This document shows, piece by piece, positions 10,140 to 20,797 of a DNA stretch of 64,000 nt. Under the pieces are notes generated by a model. It was not told where the DNA came from and ran no database searches. It was given only the letters and a program-made list of their open reading frames with translations. Position 1 is the first letter of the stretch. Every line of letters begins with the position of its first letter. The position numbers and the translations under genes were made by a program. The stretch covers positions 52,737-116,736 of the forward strand of contig CAWFFS010000027.1 of NCBI GenBank assembly GCA_963815145.1, read 5' to 3'. The stretch comes from an uncultured delta proteobacterium (GTDB lineage Bacteria > Desulfobacterota > DSM-4660 > Desulfatiglandales > HGW-15).

Positions 10140-10269
10140 ATTGTAACAGTTGGCGGGGCTCTTATCTCAAATCAAAAACCTCAATTGATATTTTGAGGTA
10201 TCCCCCTATCCCCACTGATTATTACAGCATTTTAAAAGTTATTTAATTATTATAGGACGTCCCTCTTCA
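10140..10269 (+). repeat. ~130-bp direct repeat, second copy at 15767-15895
   Basis: ATTGTAACAGTTG..CTTATCTCAAATCAAAAACCTCAATTGATATTTTGAGGTATCCCCCTATCCCCAC..AGGACGTCCC nearly identical in both places. Confidence 0.92.
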
Positions 10270-10289
10270 CCAAACGTCCCTCTTCACCA

Positions 10290-10348
10290 AAAAAATCCAG
10301 GGCTTTATCCAGGTCAAAAACACGAATCATTGTGTGTAGAAATTTCAT
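10290..10348 (-). pseudogene. 5' stub of a glyoxalase/lactoylglutathione lyase gene
   Basis: RBS GGAG then [20 protein letters not shown]; runs directly into the GACGTCCC motif. Confidence 0.75.
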
Positions 10349-10553
10349 TTTTATTCTCCCATTTTTTGGATATTAAAGAGTTGCACCATTCATTTATTCA
10401 TGGAAGAGTGATGCTCTTTCGTAATTCAATAACTTTTTCGTCAACTAAATTACTATAGGATTGTCCCGTTTCACTATTATCCTGCCAATAGTAAAGATTT
10501 ATCCTGTTAAACATTTTTTGTATTTATTTAACCGGGACTTGACACCTATTGTT

Positions 10554-11699
10554 TTACAAACCAAATTCTCCTGCCCATAACATTTCAAGAAAGATTTCCC
10601 ATGGCAGCACCTCAATGGAGTTATCAAGTTTTCTTGGCTGTTTTTCCATTGAGACAATTAAAGCCCGCCTGACTGAACACTCTTCCATGAGAGCCCTCAG
10701 ACTTTTTGTATGGCCGCTATGTATCTTTTGCGTCCCTTTGATCTCGATCGCAACGTCCATATCTGCGAGGATAAAATCAACTTCAAATCCTGTACTTGTT
10801 CGCCAGAAACGAATGTCCAGTTCAGGGTTCCTGTATGCCTGGTAAGCTTTAAGCTCCATTAAAATGAAATGCTCAAAAGATTTGCCAAATTCAGGTGTGC
10901 CTGTCCGGGGTTTACGGCGCGCCAGATAGTTGGAGACCCCGATATCAAAAAGATAAAATTTTTCCGTTTCTATCAATCGCCTGTTTTTGGCTTTTTTCCA
11001 CGGAGGAATACGAAAACCAAGAAGTGTATCTTCAAGTATCTGGAAATATGTCCTTACAACCTTTGCGCTTACCCCCGTTTCTCTGGCTACATTTGTATAA
11101 TTTATCAATTCCCCTGATGTAAGTGATGCTGTTCTTAAAAATTCGGAAAAAGCAGGGATGTTTTGAATGAGAGCTTCCGAAGCAATTTCTTCCTTTAAGT
11201 AATCTCCAATATATGCCCGAAGGTCCTGTATCGGGTCCGGTGATAGAAAATGCGGAGGCAAAAGACCGGAAATCATAATCTCTTCAAGGTCAAACCCCTC
11301 TGTTTCCGTGTATGAAAGGGGTGCCATTGAATATCTCCACGCCCTTCCTCCTAAAAGATTCGCGTGGTTACGCCGGAGTTTACGGGCACTTGATCCTGTC
11401 ATCAAAAATGAAGTTTTGCTGTTTTCAATCAACCAGTGAATTTCATTCAAGAGGTCAGGCACCATCTGAATTTCATCGATAATAACAAGACCGTGGTGTT
11501 CCCTGTATTGTTCTCTTAGTAATGAGGGGCGGGATACATAATCGGCAAATATATCAGTCTTCAATAAATCGATAATAATCGATTCTTTAAAATGTTCACC
11601 TATCCAGTGTGTTTTTCCTGTTTTTCGTGGGCCCCAGAGAAATGCAGAACGGTTGCCCGGCAGGTTTATGTTCAATAATCTTTTTGTAATTTTATTCAT
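10554..11699 (-). CDS. AAA_14 ATPase with DUF4143 domain
   Basis: Walker A GPRKTGKT, Walker B IIDEIQ, TGSSARKL, KFYLFDIG, EVDFI..AIEIK. Confidence 0.9.
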   Translation of the reverse strand: MNKITKRLLNINLPGNRSAFLWGPRKTGKTHWIGEHFKESIIIDLLKTDIFADYVSRPSLLREQYREHHGLVIIDEIQMVPDLLNEIHWLIENSKTSFLMTGSSARKLRRNHANLLGGRAWRYSMAPLSYTETEGFDLEEIMISGLLPPHFLSPDPIQDLRAYIGDYLKEEIASEALIQNIPAFSEFLRTASLTSGELINYTNVARETGVSAKVVRTYFQILEDTLLGFRIPPWKKAKNRRLIETEKFYLFDIGVSNYLARRKPRTGTPEFGKSFEHFILMELKAYQAYRNPELDIRFWRTSTGFEVDFILADMDVAIEIKGTQKIHSGHTKSLRALMEECSVRRALIVSMEKQPRKLDNSIEVLPWEIFLEMLWAGEFGL

Positions 11700-11886
11700 G
11701 TTAAGGGAATATAATCTAGATAATTTATCCTGTCAAGCAATATTATCCTCTTAAATATAGAGACAAATATTGTTGAATTTTTATGTTTTTATTTAATTAA
11801 AAGAGGGTGAAGTTATAATCATGTTTTCTTATATAGCCTTTTTCATACCTGAAAACAGCAATATAAGGATAAAAAACAGGGTATTT

Positions 11887-12615
11887 TTATGCATATATTG
11901 ATTGATTACAATGAGTTAGCTTGGTCCGACCCAATGCCACTTCAACCTCTACCCGTTCACCAACCGCACTGGTAAGCCACTTTTGAAGATGTATTGCGTT
12001 TAGCCTTGTCTGTTTAAGAGAATCAGTATCTGTATAATGAGGAAACTTAAGTGAGCTTCCATCATAAATAACAGTGGCAGATTCATTCTTCTTTTTTATC
12101 CGGGATTTTGACCGTGTTTTTGTTTCAACTGCATAAACACCTGAACTGCCCACAATAATATGATCTATGTTGAATTTTTTTATCTTCTCTGTGACCAGAT
12201 CATGAAACACATGAAAGCCTTCCAGCATCAGCAGGTTAAGCTCCTGCCCCACCGCCACCTCACCATCATATCCTAATCGCAGGCGTCTTCGCTCATTAAG
12301 ATATTTCCATAGTTTTCTAAAGGAAAACAACTCGAATAACACCATGACAGCGATAAAATAAGTAAAATTGAAATTAAAGATAAAAACAGGGGTAAGCATG
12401 AACAAAGGAAGAATTACTACCGCACTGGAATTGACAGTTATTTCCTCACTCACCGATTGTATTTGTTCATTAAGCGATTGTCCGGGACTTCTTAAAAATT
12501 TATCAGTAAATGGCGCTCGCTTGTTTTTTCTGATCTGATACCATTTGTAAATTGACAAAAATAAAAAAGGAATCGCAAAGGCGCAAATTGCTATAGCAAA
12601 ATATAATAGTTGCAT
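11887..12615 (-). CDS. Membrane-anchored NERD nuclease-domain protein, 3'-truncated
   Basis: TM segments; GEVAVGQEL, VFHDL, NIDHIIVGSSGVYAVETK; similarity to the 6273 copy ends abruptly at EVEVA (about 11935). Confidence 0.82.
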   Translation of the reverse strand: MQLLYFAIAICAFAIPFLFLSIYKWYQIRKNKRAPFTDKFLRSPGQSLNEQIQSVSEEITVNSSAVVILPLFMLTPVFIFNFNFTYFIAVMVLFELFSFRKLWKYLNERRRLRLGYDGEVAVGQELNLLMLEGFHVFHDLVTEKIKKFNIDHIIVGSSGVYAVETKTRSKSRIKKKNESATVIYDGSSLKFPHYTDTDSLKQTRLNAIHLQKWLTSAVGERVEVEVALGRTKLTHCNQSIYA

Positions 12616-12959
12616 TTTTTATTCTCAGAGATTCAGGGTTATTGAATTAATAAGAGACATCTCCTTCAATTGCCAACTAAATTTCTAAAGAGAGTCCTGC
12701 TCAACACTAATTTATTTTCATATTTTCATGTACCATATTCCACACATCCTTTCGGTTTTCAAGCCATCTTATACTATAACCAAGGTTCAACTCTAACAGA
12801 TTAAAATATCTAAGTATCTTACCAAGTGCTGCATTTATTCGTAATTTGCGTTCGCTGGCTAAGTTCATAATTGTGTAAAATTGATTAATATAGAGAGTCT
12901 CACTCTCATTAGTAAGTTAATAGTTAAGGGTATCCCTCTATCTCACACACATTTTATTT

Positions 12960-13736
12960 CTAAAACTTAGGAGAATCTTTTTCTGTATATTCTTTCCTTT
13001 TTTTATCTTCTATCTTCTTTTTCTCTGCCCCGTTCTGATTACCTAGCGCATTATCGGAATATTCAATCTTAATATATCCTGCCTGGTAAATCATACTTAC
13101 TGTATATTGCCTATTTGCATTCCAGATGCGCGTATCACCGAAAAGCTGTTTACTGTATTTAATTTTATTCCCATATTTACTTTTAAGCATGTTCAGTATT
13201 TCTTCTTTAAATCCTTTATTACCCGCCCCCGCAGCTGTCAAACTGACAATCACCTTATGAAGGACTCTACTGGTGGGAGTAAAACAAAGTGACACATCCG
13301 CATACCTGTCCATGAGTTTCGTTTGATAATGGAAAGCGTTAAATTTATTGATGTCTTTATAAATATTTTGATTAAACTTATTGAAAAGTGAAGGACTGCC
13401 AATCCTGGCCAATGGAATGTCATTTTTATCCGCTATTTTAAAGGCCTTTTCGATGCTTATACCAGCTTGCCATATATCAAATTCAAAAGAGTCATTTGGG
13501 GTCTCTTTTTCATAGATGACTGTCTGAACAGTGTCCTTAGGGAAACTCACAAACCCATAGGGTTTTTTCCCTTTTATCAAGCCATCTTCTTCCCATGCAT
13601 GATCAACCTCTGTTTTATTACCATTCTTAAGCACAATGGTATCCGCACTGGTTTGAACAACCAGGCAGCAGAATGAAGCAATAAAAACCAGGCATACAGA
13701 TTTTATGCTTATGATTAACCTTTTCATAATTATCAA
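12960..13736 (-). CDS. Exported hypothetical protein
   Basis: Signal peptide followed by ADTIVLKNG; long ORF directly downstream of the NERD gene. Confidence 0.7.
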   Translation of the reverse strand: MIIMKRLIISIKSVCLVFIASFCCLVVQTSADTIVLKNGNKTEVDHAWEEDGLIKGKKPYGFVSFPKDTVQTVIYEKETPNDSFEFDIWQAGISIEKAFKIADKNDIPLARIGSPSLFNKFNQNIYKDINKFNAFHYQTKLMDRYADVSLCFTPTSRVLHKVIVSLTAAGAGNKGFKEEILNMLKSKYGNKIKYSKQLFGDTRIWNANRQYTVSMIYQAGYIKIEYSDNALGNQNGAEKKKIEDKKRKEYTEKDSPKF

Positions 13737-13750
13737 TCAGCTCCCTATCC

Positions 13751-13775
13751 GTAGGGCGGGGTTTTACACCCCGCC
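13751..13775. repeat. GTAG-family REP
   Basis: GTAGGGCGGGGTTTTACACCCCGCC; near-copy at 43281. Confidence 0.75.
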
Positions 13776-13786
13776 GCTTCAAATCA

Positions 13787-14572
13787 TTAAACAGCCTTAA
13801 CGCCCCTGCATCCGGGAAACCGTTTACATCCCCAAAATTCTTTTCCTGCATCAGGGCCTTTTTTAACCTCCCGCAGGGCCATTACTCCGCCGCATTTTGG
13901 GCAACTTGGGGTTCTATTGTTTTGTTTTTCCTTTATGATTTCCCTTACATTTTGTACATGCACCCTGCTTGTATCAAAGGATCGTGCAAGCCTGTTATTT
14001 TCAATTTTATCTATTATTTCCGCAACATCAGATTCAGACAGGACCTGCTGCATTTTGGATTTTATAAACCGGATAAATCCAGATCCATATGTAACATTCT
14101 CAGGCATCGCTGTTTTAAAGGTACTGTCACCGACAAAAGCAACAACAGCGTGTATCTGATTATCATTCAGACCAAGAATGGATTGCAATGTTTTTACATG
14201 TTTGTGATTCTGGCGAAGAGGATTCTGAAATTTATTGGCATACCTGTATATCTTCTGCGTCCATGTGTTCTGGTCTGCGCTTCCGAATATCCAGCCTTTC
14301 ATGTTCTTTGTTTCAACAACAAAGACGCCATAAACAGAAACGATTATATGATCTATCTGAGTAGTTCCATTCTCTGCCGGTAATGTCACATTATTGATTC
14401 GGTGATATATGTTTTTATCCAGCCGCAGCCAGGCAAGGAAGTTGACAATAGCTTCACCAAACCAGCCCTTGAACCATGGAGTTTTGAGAATAATAATAAT
14501 AATAATAACGAATATTGGAAGGAGATACCTAATGCTACCAATAAAATGACCGATAATTGATATAGGGTCCAT
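13787..14572 (-). CDS. NERD domain protein with topoisomerase-type C4 zinc ribbon
   Basis: KGWFGE, GTTQIDHIIVS, VETKNMKG, FQNPLRQN; CPKCGGVM..FWGCKRFPGCRG. Confidence 0.92.
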   Translation of the reverse strand: MDPISIIGHFIGSIRYLLPIFVIIIIIILKTPWFKGWFGEAIVNFLAWLRLDKNIYHRINNVTLPAENGTTQIDHIIVSVYGVFVVETKNMKGWIFGSADQNTWTQKIYRYANKFQNPLRQNHKHVKTLQSILGLNDNQIHAVVAFVGDSTFKTAMPENVTYGSGFIRFIKSKMQQVLSESDVAEIIDKIENNRLARSFDTSRVHVQNVREIIKEKQNNRTPSCPKCGGVMALREVKKGPDAGKEFWGCKRFPGCRGVKAV

Positions 14573-14733
14573 TCTTCATTCCTGCATTTATGTTCGATAA
14601 AAAATAGAATGAGTTTTACAAAGGATGTTCCGGACAAAAAGAATTCCGTATCAGTATATATATCGGCAGGTTCTGTATTTTATATAATTATTATTTTTAT
14701 CCCATGTTGAGATCGCCCCCGACTGTCCGTTTC

Positions 14734-15705
14734 TCATCTCTTGAAAATCTTGTGCCGGTGTTTTTCCAGGTTAATCTGCGAAGGCCGGAATTTTTCGTCC
14801 TCAGGAGTAAAAATATTTCTATCCGTGAGTGTCAGTATGTGGCCAGGAAGATTCCGCTCCACCTGCACTCTGCCTGAAACCAGAACCTCATATTTTTTCC
14901 CAACGCTCATCAGACCCTCGTCAAAAGACCAGTGACACAGACGGCATAGTGCCATACCGTTGGAGGGCAAATCATCATGGCTCTTATTCCAGGGGACAAT
15001 ATGAGCGGCCTCAACTACCGTGTGACCTTCAGGAGTCAGCATTCTGATTCCGCAGAGGGCGCACCGGTGGTCATACAGGATCACTATAGCCCTTCTAAAA
15101 CCCTGATTTCGAACCTGTATTTCTTCCTGGTTTTCAGGAGCTTCCCATTCCGCAGGGTGTTCATTCGCATTCTTTAAGATATCCTCACTATATCTGTAAG
15201 ACTCCAGATTTACCCTCCCCTGTTTAATTATTGCGGGCTGCACCTCCGGCGAAAAATATGTCTGTATAATAACGAGTCTTAATCTCTCTCTTGCTACCGG
15301 ATCACAAATATATTGAAACAGCTCATCATCAAGCCTGGCGCCAAGATACACATCCCGAAGCCGCTTCATGGAACCGATGTTGTATTCTATATCAGAGTCA
15401 TAGCCTTCCCTGGAGATTCTGTGCCAGAAGCCGTCTGTGCGCAGTCTGGAAAAAGGGTAAGCCATGCTTGTAGGTGATCTGGAAGGCATAATCCTGGAAT
15501 AATAACCATTCCAGGTCTCTGCCAGTTCATAGGAGGGTTCAATAAAGTTTTCTGTAATCCGGCCCTGGGCGATCAGGTCCATTATAGAGAGAATAAGAAA
15601 AGGTTTGTGCGGAGCACGATAGTCAGTAAAGGACGGGTAGAGTTTACGACTCCGGTCAGTCCGTAACTTTGAGAACATTTTCATGTATTTATTAAGCATT
15701 TTCAC
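14734..15705 (-). CDS. HNH endonuclease (putative restriction enzyme, APHKP-type N-terminus)
   Basis: RAPHKPFLIL; FRRAI..YDHRCALCG, EAAHIVPW, NGMALCRLCHWSFD. Confidence 0.88.
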   Translation of the reverse strand: MKMLNKYMKMFSKLRTDRSRKLYPSFTDYRAPHKPFLILSIMDLIAQGRITENFIEPSYELAETWNGYYSRIMPSRSPTSMAYPFSRLRTDGFWHRISREGYDSDIEYNIGSMKRLRDVYLGARLDDELFQYICDPVARERLRLVIIQTYFSPEVQPAIIKQGRVNLESYRYSEDILKNANEHPAEWEAPENQEEIQVRNQGFRRAIVILYDHRCALCGIRMLTPEGHTVVEAAHIVPWNKSHDDLPSNGMALCRLCHWSFDEGLMSVGKKYEVLVSGRVQVERNLPGHILTLTDRNIFTPEDEKFRPSQINLEKHRHKIFKR

Positions 15706-15892
15706 TCATAACATTTGTCCAATGTCAAGAGGCGATCCAGTCGCTTTCATTTATTTTCTTATAGATATTGTAACAGTTGCGGGGCTCTTATCTCAAATCA
15801 AAAACCTCAATTGATATTTTGAGGTATCCCCCTATCCCCACCGATTATTACAGCATTTTAAAAGTTATTTAATTATAAAAGGACGTCCCCCT

Positions 15893-17662
15893 TCAATTAT
15901 TAAGATAGACATCCGGCTTGTGATTTCTTCTCTGTGAGGGAAATCTACCAGTCGCTAAGTCTGGTATAAAGACAACTGGATATTCTAGACCTTTTGCCTT
16001 ATGGATTGTGTGAATACTGACCGTGTTTAATTGTGTCGGATCATCTAAGCCACCTACATCAACTTTATCACTGGCATAACCATTAAGGAAAAAAACAAAG
16101 GAATTTAATCGTTTTATATTCACCCATTCATTTACAGTTTCAAAATCCAATATCAGCTGACTAAAACGCCCAAAATCATATAATTGACCTTCATCAAAAT
16201 ATTCTTTATCTATTCCCATCGATTGAAGGACTTGATGATAAACATCTTGGGGGTAAAATCTATCCCCATTACTAATATCTCCTTTTATAATCATCAATCT
16301 TTTTTCTATCTGACCCCAAAGACCTAAGTTAATGTTATTTTTGTAATATTTCATCAAGTCATTTATTGTGCATGAAATATAGCCATCTGGTGACCATATT
16401 TGGTTATCGCAAAAAAAGTTAAATATCATTTGAAGGAATCGTATTTCAGGCCTTTCGAATAATCCAGCGGTTCCCTTTGTTGTGAAAGGAATATTTTCTT
16501 TTTGAAAAGCATTAACAAATATTTTTGCTGTTTCATTAGTTCTTACTAATATAGCGAAATCACACCAGTCTAATCCCCTATATTTTTCTTCACCTGTTTT
16601 TTCATCTCGGCTTTCTAAATATTTATAGCCTCTAAGCTCTTTAATTTTGTTTATAATAAAATTAACTTCATCGCTTCTGGTCTGAAATTCTAGCTGGTAT
16701 AGATCCCCTATTTCACCTTTTTTATACTTTCTTCCAAGTTCCATTCTTTTCTCAAGTCGATTACCCCTATTATATTGAATTAAATCTCTAGCAGCTTCAA
16801 TAATAGTATCTGTAGAGCGAAAATTTTTTAGTAAGTTTATTTCCTTTACATTCTTGTAACGAACTGAAAATGTCAGAATGTTATCTACATTTGCTCCCTG
16901 AAATTCGAAAATAGACTGATCATCGTCTCCGACAATACATAAATTGCCTTCTTCTCCAGCGATTAAATTTATCAATTTTTCTTGTATTGGGTTAATATCT
17001 TGATACTCATCAACAACAACGTATTTAATTTTATTACGTATATTCAATAATTCATGTGGTTCATTTTCCAAAGTACAAACCAATTGATCTATTATCGTAG
17101 CAAAATCAATGAATTTGTGCTCGCTCATAAGTTGATAATATTTTTTATAACACTCATAAAAAGCGGGGGAGTCATTTTTAATCAGGATCTCTGAAATTTG
17201 ATTCTGTTTTATTATATCTACTGTTTTCACAAATTTCTTGATCGGCTCAAATGGAGGTTTTCTTCCGGTTGATAATTGATTAATTCCTATATCCCATCCA
17301 TGTCTCGCTAGAAATAAAAGTTGTTTGTTTTCATCTATAATATCGTAGTTCCTAAATTCCGGTTTTATTTCTTTTAAATATTGAAAGCAAAATGAATGAA
17401 TTGTTCCGATATACATACTACCTAATTCCGGATCGTCAGGTAGTGTTTCTTCTAATTGCGCACGAATTCTAAGTTTCATTTCGTTGGCAGCTTTTTCTGT
17501 AAATGTAAAAGCAAGAATATGTTCTTTAGGAATTCCTGAGAGAACCATGTTGGCAATTCTTGCAGAAATAGTTTGTGTTTTGCCTGAGCCAGCACACGCA
17601 ATTATTTGAAGATTTCCATTTATATGATTTATAGCGTCTATTTGAGATGGTGTGTATTTCAT
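15893..17662 (-). pseudogene. UvrD/PcrA-like SF1 helicase, N-terminal part (3'-truncated)
   Basis: ACAGSGKT, TFTEKAA, TIHSF, VDEYQD, GDDDQSIF, NFRS, TIHKAKGLEY; ends before motif VI (R..YVA.TRA); start 17662 with RBS AAGGAG. Confidence 0.88.
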
Positions 17663-17737
17663 AATAAACTCCTTCGCAAGGGATGAACCAGAACATACCA
17701 AATGCTTAAATAATTTATGAGTTCGCCAAATATTAAG

Positions 17738-18181
17738 TTACGGGATTTCAACCTTTTCTTCGGTTGAATTTATCCACTTAATTAAATCAATTATTGAACT
17801 ATCGTATAATTTCTCATTTTTAAGACCACATTCCCAAATAACCGCCACTCGCCACTCTAGTTTGAGTAAACTTGCTATATTTTCTTTATCCCTTTCCATA
17901 GTGCGGCCAATTTTTTTCTTCCAAAATTCGGACCTTGTTGTGGGGAGATTGCTTTTACTACAGCCTTTATGTCCATGCCAAAAACAACCATTGATAAAAA
18001 CAACAGCTTTATATTTAGGTAAGACGATGTCAGGACGACCCGAAAGTTTTTTATCATTCTTTCTAAAGCGATATCCCTTTTTATGCAGGGAGGACCTAAC
18101 TATTTGTTCTATTTTTGTTTCGGAACAACGGACTTTTGACATTGCGTTACTTCGTTGCTCTTTTGTCATAAAGTCTGCCAT
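17738..18181 (-). CDS. vsr: Very short patch repair endonuclease
   Basis: RSNAMSKV..TKIE, GRPDIV, FINGCFWHGH, WECGL. Confidence 0.95.
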   Translation of the reverse strand: MADFMTKEQRSNAMSKVRCSETKIEQIVRSSLHKKGYRFRKNDKKLSGRPDIVLPKYKAVVFINGCFWHGHKGCSKSNLPTTRSEFWKKKIGRTMERDKENIASLLKLEWRVAVIWECGLKNEKLYDSSIIDLIKWINSTEEKVEIP

Positions 18182-18196
18182 GAAAAGGATATACCT

Positions 18197-18961
18197 CTAT
18201 GCTATAAATGCTTCACGATGCATTTGTAATGCTTGGGGATCTGGTAAAAATCGCTGAGGTAAGTTTAAAGCTACACCTTCAAAGGTTATAAAATTATTTT
18301 TTTGAAAATCAGGGATATTTCCTTTTTTTAATTCGCTAGAAACAACAAGTCTATAATCTTCATCAAAGGTTATTAAATGTCGATCGAAGGCTTTATCATG
18401 TAGGACATTCAAACAGAGTCCATTGGTTGGGTCGGCGCGACGATCTTCATTTTCACTCCATGGGATAATATGACTTGCAACAAGAATTTGGCGAATTGCA
18501 ATTCCTGTTAAAGCACATCTATTTTCATAGCTCGATAGAATAACTTTTCTGAAAAATTGTTGGAGACGTCGTGTCTTGACTGTTCTTTCGGCTTCGGAAG
18601 GACCATCCGGCACCTGATCTTCTATCCTATCCTCAGTGACTTGGGTAGTTTCATCTGACATTAACGATTCAAAAGCAGCTTCGCTTTGTTCTGCCATCTT
18701 GGACCAGTTCTCTTGAAACGCTGCCCAAACTTTTTTATCCAGATTGCTTGCACTCCTAAGTCCAACAACTCCACGCTGTTGATGATAGGGATCAATAGAT
18801 GCAATATTACTCAGCTTCATTGCAAGTGAACTTGACGATCGACCCAATTTTTCGGCAACTTTCATAACAAGTTTGTTTGTTTTATTAAATTGGCCAAAAG
18901 GTAGATTACAATAAAGATTCATTGCAATGAGTAGTTCTTGCTCTGTCCAGTTTCTTACCAT
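18197..18961 (-). CDS. HNH endonuclease (putative restriction endonuclease)
   Basis: NWTEQELLIAMNLY; QQFFRKVIL..CALTG, ASHIIPW, NGLCLNVLHDKAFD. Confidence 0.9.
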   Translation of the reverse strand: MVRNWTEQELLIAMNLYCNLPFGQFNKTNKLVMKVAEKLGRSSSSLAMKLSNIASIDPYHQQRGVVGLRSASNLDKKVWAAFQENWSKMAEQSEAAFESLMSDETTQVTEDRIEDQVPDGPSEAERTVKTRRLQQFFRKVILSSYENRCALTGIAIRQILVASHIIPWSENEDRRADPTNGLCLNVLHDKAFDRHLITFDEDYRLVVSSELKKGNIPDFQKNNFITFEGVALNLPQRFLPDPQALQMHREAFIA

Positions 18962-19218
18962 ATTCTCAATTTGGCAATATAAGGTTGTTAGTGTAAATCT
19001 TGAATTCGTTCAATTGGTGTGATAGTACTCAAAAATATGCATCGAAACAACCTAATATTTTATCGATCTCTATCCTGTTTACCATGTGATTCCTTATTTT
19101 TACTTATAATGAACGACCGCAACACAAACAAGAGACTATCAGCTATTGATTAAATCTATTTTATCGTTGCAAGTGTCAAGGTATTAGCCCCAAAGCTTCG
19201 AAATAAATACAGATATAA

Positions 19219-20790
19219 TTAGGATCTTCTTAGCCACTCAGACTCATCAATACCTACGCGAGAGATCATTGCCGCAAATTTATTCGCTATTTTTTGTGCA
19301 TACGAATCCTTTAAATCCAATACCCATTCATATTTATTATTTTGAGCGTCAATAAAAATGGAGTTATCTGCGGTTACAATCCCATTGTTAGCAGCTTTAA
19401 AGCTTATTGTTTTTAGATCTTGGCAGTTAAGTTTCTCTTTCAATTGGATATAATTTCCTTCTTTATCTTTATAAAGAAAGGAAAATTTTTTATCCTGTTT
19501 TTCCAAAGGCAGGAACATAAAGCTTCGTTTTTCTTCTGAGGCAATTCGTACACTATCACATCGTTGCTGTATGCAAAGCAAGTGCATTTCACTTTTAATC
19601 GGTCTAATTATTGAGCCTAAGGTAAGTTTAGGAGAATAACCTTCTCTGTAAAAATTACTCTTATGATGGGAAAGAATAGCAAACTCTTCATTTATATTGT
19701 TATCTGGTGAAAATATACTTTGTATATCTTTTTTTAATTTCCCTCTTTCATATTGCTCCCATTGCAAATCATTGATATCTGCTGACTTTTCTTTTAAGTT
19801 TTTACGCAAACAACTTTCAGCTCCACATTCCATCCATTCTTTAAGAAGACCCAATGTAACCGATACCTTTCTTTTTTTATTAATTTCAAGTTCAGTGGGG
19901 CTAAACGCATAGTTATCCAACCAAAGTTTGACACGATTTATATCACAATACTTTATCGTATTTTCGCATGTAAGAATTGAGCTAATAGACCCTATAATAT
20001 TTTCTAAAATTAGCTCCTCTGCATCTTCCGGTTCGGGACACATCGCTCGATGTGTTAAATATGCTAAGTCCAACTGCTTATTATATTCCTGTAGTAATTT
20101 ATTTGTGTTGTTCCTTAATATTGCTATTGAGCTAATTGCCGCATTTGAAATTAGTCCTCCTGTAAGTTTGGCGAATTCTTGAGAAATTACATCTGGCAAA
20201 TCCATGTAGTCAATATATTTTGATTTTATAGCCGGATCTACTGCGTTTTTTAAGGCAGGTTTAAAACGTATTACGACTCGATAATTCTCGTTTTGGACCC
20301 AAAGGTCTTCTTTATCGCTTTCAAAAACATTGTTGAACAATTTTAATATTTCACTAAAAATTGGCTCAGCCTCACGCTCACCTGTATATACTATTATCAA
20401 TTTTGGGGCACAATCTGATTCAGCTATTATAGCTTTTAATAAATCAATTGCATGCTTTCCCCTTCCGGCAGTGTCCTCTACATCTTCTTCACCTTCTTCT
20501 TCGGTTATATCTCTTGTGCAAACAGGAGGTAAATTTATCCTCCAATCAAGAATGCAAACATCCGTAGCTTTGACCAATTTAAGAATGTTACTTTTGTCAT
20601 TGATATCCTGTATTTTAAAGATAGTGCAAGCCTTACCGCTTTCGGCAAAAGCTTTGGTTATCCTATTTGCACTTAGACTATGGTCTCTATCAACATCGTT
20701 AGAAAAATCTGGCTCATCATCTATTATGGAAATTGACTTTATATATTCATCAGCAGCTTTCACAGATTCTGAAAAGAAGGTATCAGTCAT
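19219..20790 (-). CDS. Receiver-domain protein with long C-terminal region and no recognisable HTH output
   Basis: IIDDEP acidic pocket, CILDW phosphoacceptor Asp, IVYTGE; probable start MTDTFF at 20790, just after the kinase stop. Confidence 0.82.
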   Translation of the reverse strand: MTDTFFSESVKAADEYIKSISIIDDEPDFSNDVDRDHSLSANRITKAFAESGKACTIFKIQDINDKSNILKLVKATDVCILDWRINLPPVCTRDITEEEGEEDVEDTAGRGKHAIDLLKAIIAESDCAPKLIIVYTGEREAEPIFSEILKLFNNVFESDKEDLWVQNENYRVVIRFKPALKNAVDPAIKSKYIDYMDLPDVISQEFAKLTGGLISNAAISSIAILRNNTNKLLQEYNKQLDLAYLTHRAMCPEPEDAEELILENIIGSISSILTCENTIKYCDINRVKLWLDNYAFSPTELEINKKRKVSVTLGLLKEWMECGAESCLRKNLKEKSADINDLQWEQYERGKLKKDIQSIFSPDNNINEEFAILSHHKSNFYREGYSPKLTLGSIIRPIKSEMHLLCIQQRCDSVRIASEEKRSFMFLPLEKQDKKFSFLYKDKEGNYIQLKEKLNCQDLKTISFKAANNGIVTADNSIFIDAQNNKYEWVLDLKDSYAQKIANKFAAMISRVGIDESEWLRRS

Positions 20791-20797
20791 GATTGAC

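Noticed and set aside
6505-12486. Duplicated NERD segments as a DGR template/variable repeat pair
   Set aside because: Differences are not adenine-specific and there is no reverse transcriptase in the window.
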